Source: an archaeon (GTDB taxonomy: Archaea; Iainarchaeota; Iainarchaeia; Iainarchaeales; 0-14-0-20-34-12). Taken from it: 59,789 nt of DNA. A program made the translations under genes and the position numbers. This document shows positions 1-8,248 of this stretch, one piece after another; the stretch's first letter is position 1, and every line of letters begins with the position of its first letter. Below the pieces are notes generated by a model that saw only the letters and a list, made by a program, of their open reading frames with translations, was not told the origin of the DNA and did not search any database. The stretch covers positions 1 to 59,789 of the forward strand of contig JBBSVU010000009.1 in the NCBI GenBank assembly GCA_038046645.1, written 5' to 3'.

Positions 1-771
1 TCTTGATAGCTTATGCAGGAAATCATTCCTTTGGTTGCAGATTGTTTCATGCACTTTAGCTACTCTTATTTTTTGCTTTATTCTGTTGTTTGAACCTTTC
101 TTTTTCTTTGAAAGTTTTCTCTGTTCTGTTGCTAATTTCTTTAGAGATTTATTAAGAAACTTTGGATGATCGACATGATTTCCATCAGAATCATAAATGA
201 AGTTTATTGTTCCCAAGTCAAGGCCTATTGGTTTATCTGTTTTTGATTTTAGCTTTTTGCTTTCTGCGATATAAATGCACAACAAAGCAAACCATTTGCC
301 TAAGCGTTCCTTTTTTATTTGCACTTGTTTTATTTCTCCATTTATTATTCTGTGTGTTCTTATGGATATTTCTCCTATTTTTGATAAATGAAGTTTGTTA
401 TATTTCTTATTTTTTATTTCAAGAACAAATCCAGACTGATTATAAGTAAATGTTTTGAACCAGTCTTTTCCCTTGAATCTTAAACAGCCTGTGTTCTTTC
501 CGTTCTTCTTCAGCCTTGATAATGCCCTTAGGTTTGAGAATAATCTGTAAGATTCATACTGCAGTGTTTTGGAATATATTTCATTCAGTTCAGGATATTG
601 TTCTTTTAGTTCTGGAATGGAAGATTGGATTTCTGACTGATTTATTTTTTGTTGTTTATTCAGTATTTCAAGCAGTTTGTTGTAAGTAAGGCGGCATTTA
701 TCAAGAACAAAAAACAGTTTTTGTTCTTGTTCCTTTGATGGATATATCCTGAATTTGTATGTGAGCAGCAT
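1..771 (-). CDS. tnpB: RNA-guided endonuclease TnpB (IS200/IS605 OrfB), 3'-truncated by window edge
   Basis: Manual translation from ATG at 771: MLLTYKFRIYPSKEQEQKL... (OrfB N-terminal HTH), RFKG, RuvC-I IGLDLG, LSKKKKGSNNRIK, RNDFLHKLSR; open frame to the edge. Confidence 0.93.
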   Translation of the reverse strand, partial: MLLTYKFRIYPSKEQEQKLFFVLDKCRLTYNKLLEILNKQQKINQSEIQSSIPELKEQYPELNEIYSKTLQYESYRLFSNLRALSRLKKNGKNTGCLRFKGKDWFKTFTYNQSGFVLEIKNKKYNKLHLSKIGEISIRTHRIINGEIKQVQIKKERLGKWFALLCIYIAESKKLKSKTDKPIGLDLGTINFIYDSDGNHVDHPKFLNKSLKKLATEQRKLSKKKKGSNNRIKQKIRVAKVHETICNQRNDFLHKLSR

Positions 772-962
772 GAACAAATAAAAGCTTTTTGGGCTTTATA
801 AAGGATTTGGGGGAGTGGATTTCCTGTGAACTCTGCTCGCTTTCATCTCAAAGTGTCAAATAAGCATTAATAAAGTAATAATTTAATAGTTGAAGAGATA
901 TATTGATAAATGTTTGACACTCTGGCTGCCACTTAAAAGAGGCAGATTTTCCACTCACACAG
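772..962 (-). mobile_element. IS200/IS605-type left end/leader of tnpA-less element
   Basis: TTTAA on the minus strand at 963-967, subterminal hairpin 926-945, long inverted repeat 852-921, TATA-like TTTATAAA 795-802; homologous to 59209-59395. Confidence 0.7.
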
Positions 963-1108
963 TTAAATGTTTTCTTAGGGATATTTGAAGAAAATTATAG
1001 TAAAAGCACTTTTTATGTATAAGATAACAAAATATATAAAGGGCAAACTACTTTATTTTAGTTAAAAGAATGTTTCTATAGGAAAAAACATTTTTCTGAT
1101 GTGAATTT

Positions 1109-1579
1109 ATGCAAAAACTACCTGAATCAGACTTGATTAGAAAAACATTAACTATAAGGCAGATGGATGTGCCACCAAGCACAGCACTCACTAAAAGAGC
1201 CATGCTAAGATGGTTTGCTTTAGCAATCGGCCAAATTAGTGAGAATGAATCAAGGGACACAGGCGTAAATGTAATTGATGCTGTTTTTTATTTTTTAATT
1301 TCAAAAAGAAAACAACCAACAACATTAGAGGTAATTGAATATATTAAAGAAAAGCACAAAAAAGAAATGTCTGAAAAATTGACAAGATACCATTTGAACA
1401 AATTAATAGATTTGGGATTCCTGCAAAGAAAAGGGAATAAATATATGTTAAATGCTGCACCGCTTGCAGAAAGGGACGATCTAAAACAATCATTTGAACA
1501 TTGGTCTGCAAAAACATTTCAAGAAGGGATTGTAAATATAAAACTAGTTTTGGATAAATTGGTTGAAAGCTATAAATAA
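1109..1579 (+). CDS. winged helix-turn-helix protein
   Basis: TRYHLNKLIDLGFLQRKGNKYML resembles a wHTH recognition helix plus wing. Confidence 0.65.
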   Translation: MQKLPESDLIRKTLTIRQMDVPPSTALTKRAMLRWFALAIGQISENESRDTGVNVIDAVFYFLISKRKQPTTLEVIEYIKEKHKKEMSEKLTRYHLNKLIDLGFLQRKGNKYMLNAAPLAERDDLKQSFEHWSAKTFQEGIVNIKLVLDKLVESYK

Positions 1580-1586
1580 ATTCTAA

Positions 1587-3083
1587 TTAATATCGCCTTG
1601 CAACCATCAAGGATTTAACATAATTTTTCAGTGGCTTAATTTTTATCCCGCCTGTGCCTGAATGAACTAACTGTTCATTTCCGATGTATATTGCAACATG
1701 ATCAATTCCTTTAACCCCTCTTCCAACCCTCTCACTCAAATCAAAAAATAAAACATCGCCTGGTTGCAAAACTCCGGAAACATATTTGTTCGGGGCTGAT
1801 TTATTATAAAAATTTTCTTTATCAAAAACTACTATGCCACTATGTGAGGAATAGCCTAATGCATTTTCAACTTTGTTGGATATTCCAACTATCTTAAAAA
1901 CATTATATACAAAACCAGAACAATCTACCCCTGGGGGCAATTGTTTTCCACCCCAAATATAGGGTAAAGCATCATAACGCTTTTGCAGCTCCAAAGCCAC
2001 TTTTGTAATTTTCTCCCCATTTGTAGACAAACTATTTATTGAAATGCTGTTAAAAACATCTTGTGCTTGGTCAACTGTGGCAGTATTCTCAAGAATTGAT
2101 GCATCTACTTTTGAATCTTCAGGCATGCAACCTTCCACAACACCTAAAAGCTCATAAGCAAATGTTCTGTCACCTGAAGTTAGAGATTTTCCAGCATTCT
2201 TCTCCCAAGCTTCCTTGCATTCAAAAGCAAAAGTACAATTTTCACATAAATATTTTGTTTCACATTGTTCACTAACTATATCAAACTCTGCAATTTGCTC
2301 GGTTATTTTGCAAGCTGAAACAACTGTTGCATTTATTGCTTCAAACTCGAGGTTAACATCAGAAAAATCAGTCAAGTCTGATGCATCATAAATGTGGAAA
2401 AAAGCAAAATATTCGCCTGATTTTTTCGGTTGAAAATTAACTTCAAAATAATTAAGGTCATTAGCAAGGAGGGGCATCATTAAACCGGATTGTTCATCAA
2501 CCAATTCTTTGCTGCCATCATCATTTTTTTTAAATAGACTTCCTGAAATTTTGATATCCTGTGTTCCAAGTTTGCCGATATTTTTTATTGTTATTTTAGC
2601 AGTAAATTTATTGCTCTTGCTCAAATCCAGAAGATTTTCATAGTTTGAATCTGCTTCTAGCTGGGCTGGTTCTTTTCCAATAAAAACCTTGCAAACTGCA
2701 AGCTCCTCTTCAAAACACCTAGCAGTAATCTTTGTGTTAATTGTTTTATCAAAAATAACTTTCCGTTCGTCCCAAACAATTTTATTTGAACATCCTTTGC
2801 CACTCAATCCTTTATCGCAGCAATTTGCAGAATCATTGCAATTGAAGGCAATACTTCTTGCTTTGCTTTCAAAAACAGAGGCATTTGTTGCAAAATCAGC
2901 ATTAAATAAAAAAGGAATCATTTGACTTTTACCTAAATCAAGCTCTGCCTTGATTAACTGCTGTTTTATTGCTGCAACAGGGTCATGTGGCCATAAATAG
3001 TAAGGGGCAAAATATGTAAAGAAGATATATAAAAGAACAATAGCTACAATTGCTGCAATCAACAACTTAAAGACAGAATTCAT
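1587..3083 (-). CDS. membrane-anchored protein with CARDB/Ig-like region and C-terminal NlpC/P60 (C40) cysteine peptidase
   Basis: N-terminal TM helix; ITIKNIG CARDB-like strand; PYIWGG, GVDCSGFV, PGDVLFF, HVAIYIG, LVHS give a Cys-His-His triad. Confidence 0.85.
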   Translation of the reverse strand: MNSVFKLLIAAIVAIVLLYIFFTYFAPYYLWPHDPVAAIKQQLIKAELDLGKSQMIPFLFNADFATNASVFESKARSIAFNCNDSANCCDKGLSGKGCSNKIVWDERKVIFDKTINTKITARCFEEELAVCKVFIGKEPAQLEADSNYENLLDLSKSNKFTAKITIKNIGKLGTQDIKISGSLFKKNDDGSKELVDEQSGLMMPLLANDLNYFEVNFQPKKSGEYFAFFHIYDASDLTDFSDVNLEFEAINATVVSACKITEQIAEFDIVSEQCETKYLCENCTFAFECKEAWEKNAGKSLTSGDRTFAYELLGVVEGCMPEDSKVDASILENTATVDQAQDVFNSISINSLSTNGEKITKVALELQKRYDALPYIWGGKQLPPGVDCSGFVYNVFKIVGISNKVENALGYSSHSGIVVFDKENFYNKSAPNKYVSGVLQPGDVLFFDLSERVGRGVKGIDHVAIYIGNEQLVHSGTGGIKIKPLKNYVKSLMVARRY

Positions 3084-3133
3084 AGAACAGATATGTTTTA
3101 TTATTTAATAAAGTTTTTGATTAAAATAACGCT

Positions 3134-3952
3134 ATGCCTACTGTTGTTATATCGGAAAAAGACCCGGCTGGGATGAATATACGGGAAGAATTATTAAGGG
3201 AATTTGAATTTAAGCCTAATGGGAAAAAATTTGAGGGAAAAGAGGTTTTACAATATAAAAATTTTGAAATTTTATTAACTCAGGAAAGGCAGGTTTTTGC
3301 TGATTCAGTAAATTCATATGAAACTGATTTATTTATCTTTGCTTCAACGCATGCATCAAAAACCGGAAAACCTTGCTTAACTGTTCACCCAATAGGAAAT
3401 TGGGGCAAAGCAGAATTAGGCGGGAAGGATAAAACACTTGTAAAAACATCTGCAGAAGTATTAAGTAATTATTTGCGGGGGCTAAAATTTTATGTAGAAG
3501 AAAACAAACTAAATTATGATGTTTGTCTGGAAGCAACACATCATGGCCCATATTTAGAAAAGCCTACAATATTTATTGAATTAGGCTCTTCAGAAAAACA
3601 ATGGTCAGATAAAAATGCAGCAAATGCAATTGCAAAAACAATTGTAAATTACTTTAACTTTAATGAAACTAAGCCAACAGTATGCATTGCACTTGGCGGA
3701 AACCATTACTGCTCGGAATTTACGAAGCTTGTTTTAAGGAAGAACTATGCTATTTCACATATATGCCCGGAATATGCACTCCAAAATTTTAATGAGGATA
3801 ACCTAAAGCAGATGATTGAAAAAACTGTTGAAAAAGTGGATTGTATTTTAATTGATGAAAAAGGTTTGGGAAAAGAAAATCTAAGGGTAAAAGAAATTCT
3901 GCAGAAAAGTGGGATGCGGATTGAAAAAGTGAGGAAGTTGCTGAAGGAATAA
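3134..3952 (+). CDS. dtdA: D-aminoacyl-tRNA deacylase (archaeal DTD2)
   Basis: FASTHAS, LTVHPIGN, EATHHGP, FIELGS, GGNHY motifs. Confidence 0.9.
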   Translation: MPTVVISEKDPAGMNIREELLREFEFKPNGKKFEGKEVLQYKNFEILLTQERQVFADSVNSYETDLFIFASTHASKTGKPCLTVHPIGNWGKAELGGKDKTLVKTSAEVLSNYLRGLKFYVEENKLNYDVCLEATHHGPYLEKPTIFIELGSSEKQWSDKNAANAIAKTIVNYFNFNETKPTVCIALGGNHYCSEFTKLVLRKNYAISHICPEYALQNFNEDNLKQMIEKTVEKVDCILIDEKGLGKENLRVKEILQKSGMRIEKVRKLLKE

Positions 3953-3997
3953 TTTAATTGGTACTTCATCTGTAAAAGTAAATCCAAGAAATTGAGT

Positions 3998-4091
3998 TAT
4001 AGCAAACGACATTAATTTTTGAACAAATATTATCGTTTACTAGATAGCGAATGACATTGAGTTGGTCAATTATTTTTGTCATTTGCTATAG
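3998..4091. mobile_element. 94-bp MITE copy 1 (IS630-like ends)
   Basis: TA-TAGCAAACGACA...TGTCATTTGCTA-TA; 1 mismatch to the copy at 44196-44289; lies between convergent genes. Confidence 0.75.
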
Positions 4092-4092
4092 A

Positions 4093-5121
4093 TTATGTCA
4101 ATTTGTCCACAATCTCTTTAGTCCTGCCAACAATTGCGTATTTTGTTTTTCTTAATTCAGTTAAATTTTTTGAGCCGGTTAATAAAAAACCTATTCTCAT
4201 TTCTTCGAGGAAATTGTCCAAATAATTATGCAAATTTTTAGGGCCTTTGGCTGCTGCCTGCAGCACAGGCAAAGCTATTCCAGTTAGATCTGAACCAAGA
4301 ACTAGGCTTTTTACTGAGTCCAAACCATGCCTTATTCCGCCAGAAGCAATTATTGGCTTACCTGAAACTTTCTTGCAGCATAGGATGCTAGCAATAGTGG
4401 GAATGCCAAAGTTCCAATAATGATTTGCAGTTTTTGAACCCCTAAACTGCTCTATTGCCGCCCAGCTTGTTCCACCTGATCCCTGAACATCAATTGCCTT
4501 AATCGGCAATTTATTAAGTTTTAAAGCAGTCTTATGGCTTATCCCATGCCCTACCTCTTTTACATAAACTGGTTTCTTCATTTGTTTACAAATTTTCTGG
4601 ATGTTCTCAAGGGCTTTTTCAAAATCTTTATCGCCTTCCGGCTGCACTGCTTCCTGCAAGGCATTCAAATGAATTGCTAATGCATCGGCTTCAATTTTAT
4701 CAACCATTTCGGCAATTTTTTCTGGGGCATATTCTGAAAGCTGCGCTACCCCGATGTTTGCAGCCAAAAAAATATTTGGCGCGACATCCCTGACATAAAA
4801 AGTAGATTTTAGATTTTTATGCTCAAGCATGGCCCTTTGGCTTCCCAACCCAAAACCTATGCCAAAATGTTCACAGGATAAAGCAATCAGTTTATTCAGT
4901 CTTTGGGCTTCTTTTGTGCCGCCAGTAATAGCACTAACCATTAAAGGGGCTTCAAAATTACGTCCAAGAAATCGGGTTTTTAAATTAATTTCCGAAAGAT
5001 TCAGTTCAGGAAGTGCATCGTATTCCAATACAACATCTTCAAAACCTGCTGTCTCAGTATGTTCAATTTTCTTTTTTATTGCTATGTTCAAATGTTCAGC
5101 TTTTCTTTTTTGTATGCCCAT
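4093..5121 (-). CDS. fni: type 2 isopentenyl-diphosphate delta-isomerase
   Basis: RKAEHL, ITGG, GSQR, HLNALQE, VKEVGHG, GSGGTSW. Confidence 0.95.
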   Translation of the reverse strand: MGIQKRKAEHLNIAIKKKIEHTETAGFEDVVLEYDALPELNLSEINLKTRFLGRNFEAPLMVSAITGGTKEAQRLNKLIALSCEHFGIGFGLGSQRAMLEHKNLKSTFYVRDVAPNIFLAANIGVAQLSEYAPEKIAEMVDKIEADALAIHLNALQEAVQPEGDKDFEKALENIQKICKQMKKPVYVKEVGHGISHKTALKLNKLPIKAIDVQGSGGTSWAAIEQFRGSKTANHYWNFGIPTIASILCCKKVSGKPIIASGGIRHGLDSVKSLVLGSDLTGIALPVLQAAAKGPKNLHNYLDNFLEEMRIGFLLTGSKNLTELRKTKYAIVGRTKEIVDKLT

Positions 5122-5129
5122 TATCTCGC

Positions 5130-5936
5130 CTAAACAAAATAAATTTCCGTGCCAATTAAACTTTTGCTAACCAGAATATTATAAGTATTGTTCTTTTTGC
5201 CCATATTATAAACAAATGTTTTGATTCCTTTTGCATTCTCTTTTATTTGAAGTATTTTGCCTTTCATTGAACCAGTAACATCACTAGTTTTTGCTGCTTT
5301 AATATGCCTAAAAACTGATTCAAGATTTTTGTCTGTTATTTTAGCTATAACTTTTGGTTTTGAAGAATAGTCAATGATACCATCAACATTTGTGCCATAA
5401 ATCAAGCGATTAGCCCCAAATAGTTTGGCTAAAAATGAAGCAACTGTATCCCCACTAATAACTGTCGCTTTCTTTTCATAATCAAATACCATATCCCCAT
5501 AAAGCAAAGGGACTATGCTAGTGTCTAAGGACATAAGCTGTTTAATTGAGTTAGTGTAAAAAAATATTGGCTTGCCATGATTTCGCTGCATAACCAAGGC
5601 AGATGTTTGCATTGGCAAAACATTCAATCCTTCTTTCAAAAAAATTTCCATTATTTTTTTGTTCAACCGTTCCATGGAAGCATGCGTCTCTACAAAACCG
5701 CGAATATGCTTTTTGCCACTTAAACCATCCTTAATCCCATATTCTTCAACCAGTTTATGCCCAAAAGGCCCAGCACCATGCACAACAATTAAATTAAATT
5801 CCTTTTCCGATTTGGCTTTTTTAATTTCCTTTGCAACCTGCCTCAGAATATTTTCCCTTACTTTAAGATTATTATTTTGTTTATCAGTACAAATACTCCC
5901 GCCAATCTTAAGAACGATTAAATTCTTAAATTTCAT
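5130..5936 (-). CDS. isopentenyl phosphate kinase
   Basis: LKIGGS, VHGAGPFGH, SGD, DVTGSMKGK; amino-acid kinase fold in MVA cluster. Confidence 0.9.
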   Translation of the reverse strand: MKFKNLIVLKIGGSICTDKQNNNLKVRENILRQVAKEIKKAKSEKEFNLIVVHGAGPFGHKLVEEYGIKDGLSGKKHIRGFVETHASMERLNKKIMEIFLKEGLNVLPMQTSALVMQRNHGKPIFFYTNSIKQLMSLDTSIVPLLYGDMVFDYEKKATVISGDTVASFLAKLFGANRLIYGTNVDGIIDYSSKPKVIAKITDKNLESVFRHIKAAKTSDVTGSMKGKILQIKENAKGIKTFVYNMGKKNNTYNILVSKSLIGTEIYFV

Positions 5937-5965
5937 AAAAATAACCTTTGTATTAAACCATTAAT

Positions 5966-7021
5966 TCATAAGAACAATTTTTGTATTTGAAGATAACCAT
6001 TTACAATAATGTCGGCCCCGGCAGTCTCAAGGCTTTTTGCATCCGCAAATTTATTTTCCAGACCTATTGCCTTTATGCCAGCATTTTTGGCTGTTTTCAT
6101 ATCTATGGGCAAATCCCCTATATATATGCAATTCTCTGGCTTCAGCTTAAGCTTCTTGGCAATTAGGTAAATAGCTTCAGCATTTGGTTTATCCTTTGGG
6201 CTTTCCTTCCCAGCTAAAATAACATCAAATAAATCAAGTGCCCTTTTATCAAGCCTTATCTGGTCCCTTGAGCTGCCGGTGAACATTGCTAATTTGTAAG
6301 ATTCAGACAATTTTTTTAGGGTTTCCTTTGCAAAGGGGAATGAAATATCCTTTCCTTGGGTTGCTTTGGTAAATAATTTTCTTTTGATGTCGCAACAAAC
6401 TTTAATGTCCGGCTTTACCTTGTTTTTTGGCTTGTATTTTTTAAAATAAAGGTCAAATATAGATTCTGCCGGCCTTCCAAGCAGGCTTAATAAAAATTTC
6501 TCATCTGTTTTTATGCCCATTTTCTTAATAACTTCTAAATAAGCTTGCAGATAAATATTGACAGTATCAACAATTGTGCCGTCCAAATCAAATATAATGC
6601 ATTTTATTTCAGGAATTTTTTCAATTGCCCCGGAATTTGCATCAACATATAAGTAATCACCATCTTTTATTTTTGAAATATCAATAGCATCAATGCTTGG
6701 AATCTCAGATATTATTGAACCGACAGCAACTATTGTTTCTGCTTCCTTGCAAACAAGCGCTTTTGGCGCAACATTGTTTTTTTTCATGCGGTAAAGCGAA
6801 TAAGAACCAACTGTAGAGCCCACTGCATTTGGGAAGACCAAAATTTTTCCTGCGACAGTATTGCCAAACAAATCATTATCTTTTTGAATAACCTTTCCAG
6901 TATCCGGATCTATGCTCCCTAAAAAAGAGATTTCCTTTTTAGAAACAATTGCCCTGCCAAAACATTTTCCCTCGCAAATTGTTCTTCCTTTCAATGTTGT
7001 TTCTTTTAATTTGGGATTCAT
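5966..7021 (-). CDS. phosphomevalonate dehydratase small subunit (DUF126/AcnX swivel) fused to HAD-superfamily phosphatase
   Basis: N-terminal ISFLGSIDPDTG...GSTVGSY; C-terminal FDLDGT, FTGS, KP, IGDLPID (HAD motifs I-IV). Confidence 0.88.
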   Translation of the reverse strand: MNPKLKETTLKGRTICEGKCFGRAIVSKKEISFLGSIDPDTGKVIQKDNDLFGNTVAGKILVFPNAVGSTVGSYSLYRMKKNNVAPKALVCKEAETIVAVGSIISEIPSIDAIDISKIKDGDYLYVDANSGAIEKIPEIKCIIFDLDGTIVDTVNIYLQAYLEVIKKMGIKTDEKFLLSLLGRPAESIFDLYFKKYKPKNKVKPDIKVCCDIKRKLFTKATQGKDISFPFAKETLKKLSESYKLAMFTGSSRDQIRLDKRALDLFDVILAGKESPKDKPNAEAIYLIAKKLKLKPENCIYIGDLPIDMKTAKNAGIKAIGLENKFADAKSLETAGADIIVNGYLQIQKLFL

Positions 7022-8226
7022 AATTTCACTTCTTCAACAATAACATAGCTTGTTGCCATATCAACACACTTTCGTATATTCCGCATCCTTACCTTAAATG
7101 AATTCAGCTGCCGCCCATAAAAGCAGGCTTTTGCTGAATTAGTAACCATTGTATTAAAGCGTCCTTTTAACGGAGCAACAGCCATGCAGGTATCACAGGC
7201 TATCTTTGCTCCCGATGCTTTAATATTTTGCAAAAAGCCTTTCTTTTCTGCTTCCTCAGCAATCTTCCTTGAAACACAAATCCAAAATTCCTTTTTTACT
7301 GTTTTTCCTTTTAATAATTCATTTAAATACTTTAATTCTTCAAGTGAGCAGTGCGGGCAGCCAATAGCAACTAAATCAACATGGTCGAATTCATCATAAA
7401 GTGATTTCCTTGCATTTTCCAAATCATCATGGGTTATTTCAATTAAGTCATCAGGAACTTTTGTTTTATTTGGGGTAATGCCTTCCATATGGAAGATTGC
7501 CAAGCCGGCAAATGTTGCAATTGAGGCGCAAAAATTCTTCAAACAATCCAAATTAGCATTTTTCTTTTCAATGCCTTTTATGTAAGGAATCTTATTGCCT
7601 GCTTTATCCGCAATTGCTTTTCCCAAAGCGCCAAAATCCTCAATAAGTTTAACCCTTGCCCCAACAACAACAGTTACTTGCGCCTGCCTGTTTGCATCTA
7701 AATGCATCCCATATTCGGGAGTAAGGCCTGTAAGGGCAGATGCGAGCGCAGATGGCCCACCCTCCCGATTAGTATAAGCACCAAAAATAGAGTTTGCATA
7801 GCATACTGCGCTTGATTCAGACCAAGCAATATGCATGCCTTTTTTTGGGGCATACCCTATCAGATAAGGAGTGCAGGTAAGCGTTGTATTTACATTCATC
7901 TTTTTGAATGCATCAATAATGGCAATTTGTTTTTTTGCAAAATCCTCGGGAATGCCAAAATTTTTCCAATTAAGTGTATCCATGCCAGCAGGATTTAAGG
8001 TAGCGGTTGTTTTTACCTTTCCATCAACAGCCATTTCTTGCAAAAATTCAAGCCCAGCATCCCCTAAATTATGATATGAAACACCTGCTATCTGCACTGA
8101 TTTCACTGGAATAAGGCGTTTTGCCTGATAAATTTTAGCAAGAGCCAAAATAATCTGCATTGCCTTTTTCCTTGCATTGCCTTCTTTTCCTGATAGCATC
8201 CTTTTTTCTTCAGCTGAAAGCTCCAT
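7018..8226 (-). CDS. phosphomevalonate dehydratase large subunit (AcnX/DUF521)
   Basis: GVSYHN, CTPY, WSESSA, GCPH, DTC Fe-S ligand motifs; ATG at 8226 preferred. Confidence 0.9.
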   Translation of the reverse strand: MELSAEEKRMLSGKEGNARKKAMQIILALAKIYQAKRLIPVKSVQIAGVSYHNLGDAGLEFLQEMAVDGKVKTTATLNPAGMDTLNWKNFGIPEDFAKKQIAIIDAFKKMNVNTTLTCTPYLIGYAPKKGMHIAWSESSAVCYANSIFGAYTNREGGPSALASALTGLTPEYGMHLDANRQAQVTVVVGARVKLIEDFGALGKAIADKAGNKIPYIKGIEKKNANLDCLKNFCASIATFAGLAIFHMEGITPNKTKVPDDLIEITHDDLENARKSLYDEFDHVDLVAIGCPHCSLEELKYLNELLKGKTVKKEFWICVSRKIAEEAEKKGFLQNIKASGAKIACDTCMAVAPLKGRFNTMVTNSAKACFYGRQLNSFKVRMRNIRKCVDMATSYVIVEEVKL

Positions 8227-8248
8227 AAAAATCACAACGCTAAATACC

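Noticed and set aside
207-449. 80-aa hydrophobic ORF on the + strand
   Set aside because: Antisense shadow of tnpB
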